Source of the DNA: a virus
Taxonomy: Duplodnaviria > Heunggongvirae > Uroviricota > Caudoviricetes
Strand: one strand, 5' to 3'
DNA length: 37,514 nucleotides
Virus record (IMG/VR): IMGVR_UViG_2660238346_000033
Shown: positions 19,413 to 28,627 of the stretch, piece by piece
Position numbering within the stretch: the first letter of the stretch is position 1
How the letters are laid out: every line of letters starts with the position of its first letter
Translations under genes and position numbers: made by a program
The notes under the pieces: generated by a model
Database searches by the model: none
Told to the model about the DNA's origin: nothing
Seen by the model: the letters and a program-made list of their open reading frames with translations, nothing else

Positions 19413-19466
19413 TACTCCCCCCACAACTGAATCATTTCTTACTCCCCCCACAACTGAATCATTTCT
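19413..19466. repeat. perfect 27-bp tandem duplication (2 copies) at the X-holin junction
   Basis: TACTCCCCCCACAACTGAATCATTTCT at 19413-19439 and again at 19440-19466; encodes the last codons and stop of X plus the RBS used by the holin. Confidence 0.85.
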
Positions 19467-19639
19467 CGTTTCTTCTTCTCCGGCTCCGGCATCTCCACTT
19501 CCTGCCCGGCGTCCAGAAATACCTGCTGACAGAGTCCGGGGTTGGCATCCAGCACCTTTTCGGTGACGCCCTGCGTCGTGCCGTAGTACCGGAAACAGAG
19601 CGAATCCACGGTGTCGCCTTCCAGTGCCTTCACTTTCAT
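19439..19639 (-). CDS. X: tail protein X (P2 gpX-like, LysM-like)
   Basis: MKVKALEGDTVDSLCFRYYG... resembles P2 gpX; ATG overlaps the L stop. Confidence 0.75.
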   Translation of the reverse strand: MKVKALEGDTVDSLCFRYYGTTQGVTEKVLDANPGLCQQVFLDAGQEVEMPEPEKKKREMIQLWGE

Positions 19640-20142
19640 CAGCACAACTCCGCAAAGATTCGCGGGCGGCACAGAATGTCAGAGATGGCCCAGCTCACAT
19701 CGCGCCACAAATCCGATGTCTGTATATCCAGTGCGTCCGCCCGGCGGTCGCCCTTGTCCGTTGTGTCCGCATCGCGGTAACGCTCCAGAATCAGGGCGCG
19801 TGTGGCGGTATAAACAGCATTGCGCCAGCGCCAGAGATTGACGCTTTCTCCGTTAATTACGGGTGCAGGAACATCGGCCAGCGTCTGATGGCCAGCCGCC
19901 TGCTGTTCCTGCTGCCACGCTTCCAGCTCGCGGGTAACGTGTGCCACGGCCCCGGTGGCGGTATGCAGCAGGCGGGAGGTGGTCACGCGCCCCGGCAGTC
20001 GTACCGCCAGACGCAGCTCACGCAGCACAATATCCGGCCAGAATGCACCCGCTGAAATACGGGTATCACCATCATCGGTATCGGTGATGTCGTCCTCTGC
20101 GGGTCCGGGGTTGGTTCTGGCAACCATACTCATGGGGTTCAC
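19639..20142 (-). CDS. L: head completion/stabilisation protein (P2 gpL-like)
   Basis: 167-aa ORF downstream of M in conserved order. Confidence 0.8.
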   Translation of the reverse strand: MNPMSMVARTNPGPAEDDITDTDDGDTRISAGAFWPDIVLRELRLAVRLPGRVTTSRLLHTATGAVAHVTRELEAWQQEQQAAGHQTLADVPAPVINGESVNLWRWRNAVYTATRALILERYRDADTTDKGDRRADALDIQTSDLWRDVSWAISDILCRPRIFAELC

Positions 20143-20234
20143 TCCTGAAAAAATCGGGCGGTGGGTGCGCGGTGTAAACGGTCACGGAGTCAAACCGGAA
20201 CACCGCGCACGCCGCCCGCTGACGGGGTCAGTCG

Positions 20235-21035
20235 TTAACCGCGCTTCGCCTTCTGCGTCGCGGTGGTTTTTCGTGTTGCAGGCTTCCGCGTTGTCTTTTT
20301 ACTTTTGCTGCTTTCGTTCTGCGCCTGCGGTGTGCTGGCATCTTCTGGTGCGGCTGCGGAATCGGCTTTTTTCAGAGCGCGGGAAAGGGTTGCAATCTCG
20401 CGTTTCACACCTGCGTTCGGGTTCAGGTGCATCGCTTCGCGCAGCAGCTTCAGTGATGAGGCCATGCTGTCCGCATCGCTCAGGCTACGGCGGGCAAAGG
20501 CGCACGCCTTGCATAATTTGGCGCGCACTTCGTCCGGCATATCCTGGTTGGCGACAATTTCCCAAAGTGTGTCCAGTGGTTCGATAAAGGCGGATAAATC
20601 CGCGTCGGCATCCGTCCCGGCCTGCGTCAGTACCGGGTTGCAGATTTCTTCGGTCAGTACCGTGGCAGCAGTACGGCCAAAGTTATCCGGCATGATGAGG
20701 TTGTGACGGACCACATACGCACCAATACGCAGCGCCAGCGGAAGATCGCCGCAGTCAATTGCCCACGCCATCAGCGTGGCAATCACTTCATCCTGCTGCC
20801 CGCCGTCAGCCTCCAGCGTTCCCTCAATCCAGCCGGAAAAGTCCGGCAACAACTCTTTTTTGATGGCGGCTTTCGCGCTTCTGGCCTGTACGCCCTTAAG
20901 TCGGGCCTGTGCCAGACGCAGACGATACAGCACCTCTTCATGCGCGGTACGCGCGGCGTGGTCCACGCCTTCATTCGCCCGGCCTGCGCGCTGTGCCATC
21001 ACGTTCTGCCAGTGTTGCTGTGCAGGAGTAATCAT
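20235..21035 (-). CDS. M: terminase small (endonuclease) subunit (P2 gpM-like)
   Basis: 266-aa ORF between N and L. Confidence 0.8.
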   Translation of the reverse strand: MITPAQQHWQNVMAQRAGRANEGVDHAARTAHEEVLYRLRLAQARLKGVQARSAKAAIKKELLPDFSGWIEGTLEADGGQQDEVIATLMAWAIDCGDLPLALRIGAYVVRHNLIMPDNFGRTAATVLTEEICNPVLTQAGTDADADLSAFIEPLDTLWEIVANQDMPDEVRAKLCKACAFARRSLSDADSMASSLKLLREAMHLNPNAGVKREIATLSRALKKADSAAAPEDASTPQAQNESSKSKKTTRKPATRKTTATQKAKRG

Positions 21036-21080
21036 TTTTTCTCTCCGTTACAGGCGGGCATGATGCCCGCCGTGAGTTGA

Positions 21081-22133
21081 TTAGCTGTCGGCGAACTTCA
21101 GGCCAGTGACCATCGCGCACTTGCCATAGTCTTCAACGACATAAGCGTCATTGATGGACTGGTAGGTGGCGATGCGGTTGTATTCCGGCTCGTCTTTCAT
21201 CAGGCGACGCATTGTTCCTTTCTGCCAGTAAATCGACAGGTTGTTGAACGAGGTGATCAGCATCGTTGAATCCGGGAAGAACGGCGCAAGGAATACATCC
21301 AGTCCGCCAATGGCGCGCGATGACAGGATGAGCTGTCCGGCAAGTAATTCCGCATTGGGATTCTGGCCGCTGATGCTGTTCAGCACGGGCAGACGCAGCG
21401 AGTTAAACAGGTTGCGCCCCATAATCACCACGAGGTCGTCAGCTTCCTTGTGCCATTCATCCAGCAGGGATGAGCGCGCATCCTGTACCAGAGCATCGGC
21501 ATTCGCATACTTACCCGCGTGCGCCACAGTGTTGTCCATGTTGCGGGAGGTCAGCGTCACGTCATTCATTACGCGCTCGCTGGCATCGGTTCTGATGTGC
21601 TCCAGCCAGCCCACGTTAACGTCCTGAAGCAGCTTGTTGGTGTGAAAATCAGACTCGTAGGCGTGGGATGTGCCGTTAAAGCCAATCATGATGCGATCAA
21701 GCGCTACCTGCCGGGCGATCTGTGTACTGATACGGGACTGAAAATCGCTGTGGGCCGCCCAGGTATCAAGCTGTGGGTACGAAATAAAGGTATCGTAGTT
21801 CACCTGTTCGCACTGGTACTGACGAGACTTCATATCGATCACGTTATTCGGGTTACGGCGTTTGATGCCGTCATAACTGCTATTCGTGCGCGCAATTGGC
21901 CCGGTGGTGTCCAGGAGGATTTTTTCGCCTTTCTGGTCGGTCACGCCGATCACGTTAATTCTTTTCGTAAATTCGGTACTTTCCTTTGAGGCGTTTTCAA
22001 AACGCTGCTGCACCGAGGGTTCCACGGTAAATCGCGATACCAGTGCAGATACCGGGATGTTGTTAAGCGACGCCTGCTGCGCCATATAGCAACCCAGCTT
22101 GTTGCGGGTAATATCTGACATCACCAGATTCAT
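21081..22133 (-). CDS. N: major capsid protein (P2 gpN-like)
   Basis: 350-aa ORF with FTVEPSV, GFNG and DYVVEDY motifs recalled from P2 gpN. Confidence 0.85.
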   Translation of the reverse strand: MNLVMSDITRNKLGCYMAQQASLNNIPVSALVSRFTVEPSVQQRFENASKESTEFTKRINVIGVTDQKGEKILLDTTGPIARTNSSYDGIKRRNPNNVIDMKSRQYQCEQVNYDTFISYPQLDTWAAHSDFQSRISTQIARQVALDRIMIGFNGTSHAYESDFHTNKLLQDVNVGWLEHIRTDASERVMNDVTLTSRNMDNTVAHAGKYANADALVQDARSSLLDEWHKEADDLVVIMGRNLFNSLRLPVLNSISGQNPNAELLAGQLILSSRAIGGLDVFLAPFFPDSTMLITSFNNLSIYWQKGTMRRLMKDEPEYNRIATYQSINDAYVVEDYGKCAMVTGLKFADS

Positions 22134-22156
22134 AAAAAATTTGCTCCTTTGTCTTA

Positions 22157-22993
22157 TCAGAAGTCAGCCAGCTGGTCGGAGGCTGCACCTGTTGCGGTGA
22201 ACCGGTTCTGCGGATCGCCGTCCTGCGTGCGCAGTTTTTCCTTCAATGCTGTCAGCTCTGTGGTCAGTGACGTGATTTTCTGGCTGTCCTGCTGATGGCG
22301 GGTTTCCAGCACATTAAAACGGTCGATAATGTCGGCCTGTGACGTTGCGACGCCTTCCAGCGCTTCCTGAATACGGGAGAAACTGGCGTCATCCGCTTTG
22401 CGGCCACGACCAATAATCCCCATTACGCGGTTAAACCACTGGGTGCCTTCTTCCTGGCGTTGTTCTGCCATTTCGATGATTTCAGACTCGATGGCTTCGG
22501 AGATAAGCGGTGCTTCACCCTGGACACTGTTGAACGTCATTACCGCCTGACGTTGCTGTGCCGTAAATTTCAGGCGCTCAGTGCCCAGGCTTGCCGGGGT
22601 GTCGGTCATCGCCAGCCCGACCAGATAGGCGCGCCCGTTAACGGAGAACTGCGGGTGCAGTTCGATACTGGAATAGATTTTCTTGCCGTCCGCGACAAGC
22701 TGCTTCATGCGCTCGGTCGGTTCGATTTCTGCATACAGCGCAGTACGTCCGGCCAGCGGACCTTCCGTAATGTCTTCCGTACTCAGTGCGGTGACATCGC
22801 CCATTGCGGAAAATTCGCTTGACGGGCATGGCGAGAGATAGTGCTCAACGTTCACGCGGGCAGCGTAAACATCCGGATTGAAGTTCTCGGCGGCTTCACG
22901 CAGATGCACCGGACTGATTTCACGGCCATCAACAGTTGATCCGGAGACAGCCACGCGAAACTTTTTGCGGGATGTCTTTTTTTCATTAGCCAT
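22157..22993 (-). CDS. O: capsid scaffolding protein (P2 gpO-like)
   Basis: Start placed at MANEKKTSRKK...; divergent from the P gene. Confidence 0.8.
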   Translation of the reverse strand: MANEKKTSRKKFRVAVSGSTVDGREISPVHLREAAENFNPDVYAARVNVEHYLSPCPSSEFSAMGDVTALSTEDITEGPLAGRTALYAEIEPTERMKQLVADGKKIYSSIELHPQFSVNGRAYLVGLAMTDTPASLGTERLKFTAQQRQAVMTFNSVQGEAPLISEAIESEIIEMAEQRQEEGTQWFNRVMGIIGRGRKADDASFSRIQEALEGVATSQADIIDRFNVLETRHQQDSQKITSLTTELTALKEKLRTQDGDPQNRFTATGAASDQLADF

Positions 22994-23147
22994 AGTTTTT
23001 GCCCCTCTGACTGGTTCTTCAGTCATGATGGCAAAGCGTAAAAGGCTGATACAAAGGGCTTTTGTTGTAAGAAAACGGCCAGAACAGGGGGTTAAGGAGA
23101 ACAGTTTCGCGCGCGGGTAATCTTCCTGTAATTACTCAGGGGGAGCA
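22994..23147. promoter_or_regulatory. divergent late promoter region between O and P
   Basis: 154-bp intergenic region between divergent capsid and terminase operons, as in P2; exact Ogr-site motif not identified. Confidence 0.4.
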
Positions 23148-24899
23148 ATGATTCAGGACGCTTTTGTGCGCCAGCGTGCGCGGCAACTTTACTGGCAGGG
23201 GTATCCGCCCGCAGAAATATCACGTCTGATGGGAATAAACCCGAACACGATTTATGCGTGGAAAAAACGCGACCAGTGGGATGAAACGCCACCCGTGCAG
23301 CGTGTCACGCAGTCCATCGATGCGCGCCTCATCCAGCTCACTGAAAAACAGAATAAAACAGGTGGTGACTTCAAGGAAATAGACCTGCTGACCCGGCAGC
23401 TTAAAAAACTGCATGATGGCCAGCCGGATGCGGCGGCCACAGGAAAGAAAGGCCGGGCGAAAAAACTCAAAAATCATTTCACGCCGGAACAGATTGCCGC
23501 GCTGCGGGAAAAAATCATCAGCAGGCTGGAGTGGCATCAGCGGGGCTGGTTTGACTCCCTGACCCTTTGCAGGGAAGCCGGGATACGTAACAGGATGATC
23601 CTGAAATCCCGACAGATTGGGGCGACCTGGTATTTTGCACAGGAAGCACTGCTGATGGCGCTGCGTGACGATGTGGCGCAACCTTACCAGCGTAACCAGA
23701 TTTTTTTGTCTGCGTCGCGTCGTCAGGCGTTCCAGTTTAAAAGCATTATTCAGAAGGCCGCGGCTGAAGTTGATGTGGAGCTGAAAGGGGGCGATAAAAT
23801 CATCCTCTCCAACGGCGCAGAGCTGCATTTTCTCGGCACTTCTGCTGCGTCGGCACAGTCCTATACGGGCAATTTTTATTTTGATGAATTTTTCTGGGTC
23901 AGTCGCTTTGCTGAACTGCGCAAGGTGGCTGGCGCTATGGCAACCCTCAGCGGACTGCGGCGCACCTACTTCTCCACGCCATCCACCGAAACGCACGAGG
24001 CATACGCCTACTGGAACGGCGACCGCTGGAACGAGAAAAAGGCCACGCATAAACGCCAGCGTTTTTCTGTGGACTGGAAAACGCTGCATAACGGGCTTAT
24101 CTGCCCTGACCGGACGTGGCGGCAAATTGTCACGCTGGAAGATGTGGTTAATCACGGCTGGAAACACACCGATATCGACGAAATTCGTGATGAAAACACC
24201 GAAGACGAGTTCCTCAATCTCTATATGTGTGAGTTTGTCCGCGAAGGGGAATCGGCATTTAACCTGAATATCCTGATTGGCTGCGGCGTTGACGGATACG
24301 ACGACTGGAAAGACTGGAAACCTTTTGCTCCCCGCCCGATGGGGAATCGTCCGGTATGGATTGGGTATGACGCAAACGGCAGCAGTGGCAACGGCGACAG
24401 CGGCGCTGTGTCCGTGGTGGTTCCTCCGTCTGTTCCTGGTGGCCGTTTTCGAACGGTGGAGACGCGACGCGTTCAGGGGCTGGAGTTTGAAGAACAGGCC
24501 AGAGTCATTGAAGAGTTCACGTATCGCTACAACGTGGAACACATCGGCATTGATGTGACGGGCGGGAACGGGGAGGCTGTTTATCAGATAGTGAAACGGT
24601 TTTTCCCTGCTGCTATTCCGTACACCTTCACGCTGTCATCAAAACGGTCGCTGGTACTGAAAATGCTGCAAATAATGCGTGCCGGGCGGTGGGAATACGA
24701 TCGCGCCGAACGCGAGCTGGTCGCGGCCTTTAACGCCGTGCGTAAGGTGAAAACACCGGGCGGCTTTATCACTTACGAAACGGACCGCGCGAGGGGGATC
24801 AGCCACGGCGACCTTGCGTGGGCAACCATGCTTGCTGTCATTAACGAACCGATTGGCGGCGAAGGAGAAAACGAGCGTTTCACGGTTATGGAGTTCTGA
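23148..24899 (+). CDS. P: terminase large (ATPase) subunit (P2 gpP-like)
   Basis: 583-aa ORF; stop overlaps the Q start. Confidence 0.9.
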   Translation: MIQDAFVRQRARQLYWQGYPPAEISRLMGINPNTIYAWKKRDQWDETPPVQRVTQSIDARLIQLTEKQNKTGGDFKEIDLLTRQLKKLHDGQPDAAATGKKGRAKKLKNHFTPEQIAALREKIISRLEWHQRGWFDSLTLCREAGIRNRMILKSRQIGATWYFAQEALLMALRDDVAQPYQRNQIFLSASRRQAFQFKSIIQKAAAEVDVELKGGDKIILSNGAELHFLGTSAASAQSYTGNFYFDEFFWVSRFAELRKVAGAMATLSGLRRTYFSTPSTETHEAYAYWNGDRWNEKKATHKRQRFSVDWKTLHNGLICPDRTWRQIVTLEDVVNHGWKHTDIDEIRDENTEDEFLNLYMCEFVREGESAFNLNILIGCGVDGYDDWKDWKPFAPRPMGNRPVWIGYDANGSSGNGDSGAVSVVVPPSVPGGRFRTVETRRVQGLEFEEQARVIEEFTYRYNVEHIGIDVTGGNGEAVYQIVKRFFPAAIPYTFTLSSKRSLVLKMLQIMRAGRWEYDRAERELVAAFNAVRKVKTPGGFITYETDRARGISHGDLAWATMLAVINEPIGGEGENERFTVMEF

Positions 24900-25945
24900 T
24901 GAGCAGAAAAAATAAAAAAGTGCGCATGAGTTCACGCATTGATCTCGCTGATGCGCTCAGGAAAGAATCATCGCTCAGTGCATTCACATTTGATGGCCCT
25001 TATCGCCTGACCGGGCATGACCTGCTGGACAATATGTACTGTGCCGATAACGGGCGGTGGTATGAAACCCCGGTGGACTGGTACGGTCTGGCAAGAGCTG
25101 CCCGGCAAACGTCCTGGCATCAGTCTGCGCTTTACTTTAAGCGCAATGTATTGCTCGGTTGCTATATTCCGCCCCCGCTGCTTTCCCGGCAGGATTTCTC
25201 GGCGCTGGCGCTGGACTGGTTTGTGTTCGGTAACGCATTCCTTGAGCTTCGAAGCAATATGCTCGGCGAACCGCTTAAATTACGGCACGCCCTGGCGAAA
25301 TACATGCGACGCGGAAGCGATCTTGAATCATGGTGGTATGTGCAGGATGGTAAGGACGCGTTTCAGTTTCGCCCTGGCAAAGTGTGCCACCTGATGAATC
25401 CGGATATTAACCAGGAAATCTACGGCATGCCGGAATATCTCGGCGCATTACTCTCGGCCAGCCTGTCTCATTCGGCGGACATGTTCAGAAAACTGTATTA
25501 CGACAACGGATCCCACGCCGGGTGCATCATCTACATCGGTGCAGCGCAGGTAAACCGCGAAAGCATGGACTCCCTGAAAGAAACGTTACAGGGTGCACGT
25601 GGTGGTGGTGCGTTTAAAAACGTGCTCATTCATGCGCCAAACGGGGGCAAAGAGGGGGTGCAAATTTTGCCGTTCCAGCAGATCACCGCAAAGGATGAGT
25701 TCATGAATGTTAAGGCGGCATCCCGTGATGATGTGCTGGCTGCGCACCGTGTCCCGCCGCAACTGATGGGGGCGATGCCGGGTGAAAAAAGTGCGTTTGG
25801 TGATGTGGAGAAGGCCGCGCGGGTTTACGCAATTAACGAGCTGATGCCCGTCATGGAGGCCATGAAGCACATCAATGACTGGCTTGGCGAAGAGGTGATC
25901 CGCTTTAACCCTTATGCACTGCTGGACACCCAGCCCACATCCTGA
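24899..25945 (+). CDS. Q: portal protein (P2 gpQ-like)
   Basis: 348-aa ORF downstream of P. Confidence 0.9.
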   Translation: MSRKNKKVRMSSRIDLADALRKESSLSAFTFDGPYRLTGHDLLDNMYCADNGRWYETPVDWYGLARAARQTSWHQSALYFKRNVLLGCYIPPPLLSRQDFSALALDWFVFGNAFLELRSNMLGEPLKLRHALAKYMRRGSDLESWWYVQDGKDAFQFRPGKVCHLMNPDINQEIYGMPEYLGALLSASLSHSADMFRKLYYDNGSHAGCIIYIGAAQVNRESMDSLKETLQGARGGGAFKNVLIHAPNGGKEGVQILPFQQITAKDEFMNVKAASRDDVLAAHRVPPQLMGAMPGEKSAFGDVEKAARVYAINELMPVMEAMKHINDWLGEEVIRFNPYALLDTQPTS

Positions 25946-25971
25946 CGCGCTTCGCTTGTCTGCTGCTTCGC

Positions 25972-25996
25972 CGGGGCATAAAAAATTTATGCCCCG
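25972..25996. repeat. perfect 25-bp palindrome downstream of Q
   Basis: CGGGGCATAAA-AAA-TTTATGCCCCG; possible terminator or protein-binding site. Confidence 0.6.
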
Positions 25997-26368
25997 ACTC
26001 TCCAGCTCCTGTATCAGTCAGATAATTTCACGACGCTTTCCTGCTTATTGCCATCATCGACGGTCAGACTCTTACGCAATCCCACCGCGTTAACTGCATG
26101 TTCTCGCCGCCTCAGTGCGATTTTGACGGCCTTATCTGCCACCCCATCAAATCAAAAGCCCTCACGTCTTTTTCACGCTCAGCGTGAGAAATACAGCCAT
26201 TCTGTTGTGTTGCTGCGACATCGTTCAGGGGATGCTATTTACCCCCTGAAACGCGGGCTGTTCCCCCGTCACCTGCGCGCAGAAAAAACGCGTTTTTTGT
26301 GCACGCACGGATCCCTGACGGATCCAGCCGCCACGCGGGCCGGAAGGGCAAAAAGTCGTTCAAAAAAA

Positions 26369-26395
26369 TTGTGCAAATTTGTGCACTATTGTGCA
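26369..26395. repeat. three direct TTGTGCA repeats at exactly 10-bp spacing
   Basis: TTGTGCA at 26369, 26379 and 26389, with a further copy at 26297; helical-phase iteron-like arrangement. Confidence 0.6.
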
Positions 26396-26414
26396 TTGCG
26401 CACTTGTTATAAAT

Positions 26415-26443
26415 AAACAAAAAAAGAGCCGCTATTGCGGCTC
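26415..26443 (-). terminator. rho-independent terminator of the peptidase-PIN operon
   Basis: GAGCCGC-TATT-GCGGCTC hairpin preceded on the + strand by an A-run (T-run on the - strand); 34 bp downstream of the PIN-like gene. Confidence 0.65.
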
Positions 26444-26476
26444 AATATAATCCAATATGGCAAGAGAAATTTGGAT

Positions 26477-26995
26477 TCATTCGAAACTGGCAAGAATCTG
26501 TTCTCGAACAGAAGATTTCATCGTTAACCCACGATCTAGGAAAAATTGGAAATGCATTAAGGCTTGTTGTTTGTGTATAAGTCTCCTGCGCACAGCCTCT
26601 TGAAGTAGCCCTCCGTGGCGGGCGGCTTTTACACCGCGTTCCGCACACGTTTTATAAACCGCATTATCCGCCGAAAGACATGTTGCATCATGTATTCTCG
26701 CGTTAACAACGCAGCTTATGTCCGCATACTTCAATGCTCTCCTGCGATTTTTTATCTCAGCCATTTCAATAAAATGTTCAGGTTCGTAATCATTGGTGAA
26801 ATTGTATGGAAGTTGCAGGCGTGTAAGCTGTTCCTGAACATCAAGATTGTATTTAGCTTTTAGTTCCTCGCAGACATAGGGGTCAATCCACACACCACCC
26901 GGGTAAATTTGCCAGATAATATCTAAGCATTTACCTTCGTAAAAATCAGACAGTACATTCGTATCGATAACACATCTGGGGCATTCAAACGGCAT
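26477..26995 (-). CDS. PIN-like nuclease domain protein (candidate toxin/effector)
   Basis: N-terminal VIDTNVLSDF plus later acidic residues (E near 44, D near 104-123) fit the PIN pattern; GGAGAGG RBS; start overlaps the end of the upstream peptidase gene by 11 nt. Confidence 0.55.
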   Translation of the reverse strand: MPFECPRCVIDTNVLSDFYEGKCLDIIWQIYPGGVWIDPYVCEELKAKYNLDVQEQLTRLQLPYNFTNDYEPEHFIEMAEIKNRRRALKYADISCVVNARIHDATCLSADNAVYKTCAERGVKAARHGGLLQEAVRRRLIHKQQALMHFQFFLDRGLTMKSSVREQILASFE

Positions 26996-28130
26996 CCTCT
27001 CCGGCCTCCTGTTCGTCGTACCATTCATCCAGAAGATTGCTGAGAGCTTTTCTGTCTAATTCTAAAAGTTCAGATATGAAGGTTTCCGACGCGGAACCGG
27101 CTTCCCATGCTTTACGCGATAAGACGGTTAGGCGACCTTTATAATTTAGTGCTTCCCTAATGGGATTTGGCTCGTGTCTCTTCCAACCTTTACGATTGGC
27201 GGTTGCCCATAGGTATCTAGTGTTTTGTTGATTAATTAAATTACATTTACTAAGACGATCGATGATGCAAGTGGCTGATACTCTGAAAATGCTTTTTAGT
27301 CTAAGGACGGTTTCCTCATACGCCCATCCACCACCTTGCATGACGAATTGTTTTCGCAATGCGCTTTCTGGTACCAAAAAACAAGCAGCAAAGTGATTAG
27401 CAACTTTTTCTTCCGGTGAAATTGCTTTGCCATTAGTTTTATAGCTTTTAGCAGGGCCATCATACTCATCACGGTGGAAGATAAGATGAGCATATTCATG
27501 GCAAATACTGAAGATTTGACGTTCTATTGAAATGCTGTCGTGAACATTTACATAAATCGCGGTACCGTATTTGTTCGAAAACGCAGAAAATCCGAATACC
27601 ATCCCTTTATCGGTTTCTTCGCGATTGAACGGGATTACTCGAATATCCGATGCTTCCAAAATGGCTACAATGTCACCAACGCAAGTAGCGTTACCTATAC
27701 CAAGACGGAAACGTTCTTCCATAGCCTTATCTTCGACTCTTCGCAAATCTTCTGCTTTGGCGGTAAAAATAGGCATTGAGTTAGGAAGATCTTCTGGCAA
27801 ATTAGCATCAGCAGCTTCCTCAATTGCATTGATATTTTTTAACTTTTCAATCAACTCATTGCGAAGTTTGGCATCCAACAAATCCGGACTATCTGCCCGC
27901 ATTGCAAAACGAAACTCGCCATCATCTTGCTCATAAAAATACCCGATAGGCTTATCGAAAATCTTGCAGAGCATGATGAGTTGGGTAACGCTTGGGACGC
28001 CTAACGCCTGCTCAAACTTACTGTAGGTTTGACGAACAACACCGATCGCATCTGCGACGGCGCTTGCACTCATTCCCGCGTCGTTTCTGGCCTGAACCAA
28101 GCGTTCTGCTATACGCTGTTGAATGTTCAT
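26985..28130 (-). CDS. XRE-family HTH fused to ImmA/IrrE-type zinc metallopeptidase
   Basis: N-terminal HTH (QQRIAERLVQARNDAGMSASAVADAIGVVRQTYSKFE) and central HEYAHLIFH (HExxH) peptidase motif; AT-rich. Confidence 0.7.
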   Translation of the reverse strand: MNIQQRIAERLVQARNDAGMSASAVADAIGVVRQTYSKFEQALGVPSVTQLIMLCKIFDKPIGYFYEQDDGEFRFAMRADSPDLLDAKLRNELIEKLKNINAIEEAADANLPEDLPNSMPIFTAKAEDLRRVEDKAMEERFRLGIGNATCVGDIVAILEASDIRVIPFNREETDKGMVFGFSAFSNKYGTAIYVNVHDSISIERQIFSICHEYAHLIFHRDEYDGPAKSYKTNGKAISPEEKVANHFAACFLVPESALRKQFVMQGGGWAYEETVLRLKSIFRVSATCIIDRLSKCNLINQQNTRYLWATANRKGWKRHEPNPIREALNYKGRLTVLSRKAWEAGSASETFISELLELDRKALSNLLDEWYDEQEAGEDAV

Positions 28131-28284
28131 ACGTCACCTGAATTTAACAATGGTGGCTCTTATGGGTTTAGATTGGTTAATTATTACTAACATTATGAAT
28201 GGAGAGTTGCAAAAATCATAGTTAAATTATGCAAATTTCATGGAGCGTGATGTGGTGTGGGTTCACACTCTCTGCTGATTACAT

Positions 28285-28305
28285 CCAGGGCGGTTTCCGC
28301 CCTGG
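28285..28305. terminator. stem-loop downstream of parR
   Basis: CCAGGGCGG-TTT-CCGCCCTGG perfect 9-bp stem; no clear U-tract. Confidence 0.4.
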
Positions 28306-28314
28306 CTCTGCTTA

Positions 28315-28623
28315 CTAAGGAAATAGCGCCCGGATATTTCCGGCCATCTGACTGGTTATCTGTGCGGTTGGTACTGGCTGTGACACGGGGCGTTCTGTCC
28401 TGGTTTGTGTCACGGATAACGCCTCATCGTCAGCCCATGCAGCCAGTCGGTAAGCCTCTGCCGGATTCATTTTCAGAAGTGCCAGCCCGGCCAGAAAAGC
28501 CACGCGTTGGCCGCTTTTGCGGGCTTCTGGTGTAAGGCTGTCCAGCCAGGCGCATGCTTCGCCTTCGTTCTTGACGGCGGCGGGCTTCAGATAGAAACTT
28601 ATCCGTCTGGTTGGTGTCGTCAT
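28315..28623 (-). CDS. parR: ParR/StbB-like centromere-binding protein (ribbon-helix-helix)
   Basis: MTTPTRRISFYLKP...AWLDSLTPEARKSGQRVAFLAGLALLKMNP resembles plasmid R1 ParR; AAGGAG RBS; start 5 nt after parM stop. Confidence 0.7.
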   Translation of the reverse strand: MTTPTRRISFYLKPAAVKNEGEACAWLDSLTPEARKSGQRVAFLAGLALLKMNPAEAYRLAAWADDEALSVTQTRTERPVSQPVPTAQITSQMAGNIRALFP

Positions 28624-28627
28624 TGGT

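Noticed and set aside
23220-24542. 440-aa ORF on the minus strand
   Set aside because: Entirely antisense to the terminase large-subunit gene P, which has clear family features; long antisense frames are common in GC-rich coding DNA; no RBS or recognisable motifs.
26100-26125. Possible P2-type cos site (TTCTCGCCGCCTCAGTGCG resembles part of the P2 cohesive end in reverse complement)
   Set aside because: Only a short partial match by eye; not enough to call the packaging site.
26048-26416. 122-aa plus-strand ORF in the Q-proximal intergenic region
   Set aside because: No RBS, composed largely of palindromes and iterons, low-complexity translation; more likely regulatory or packaging DNA.
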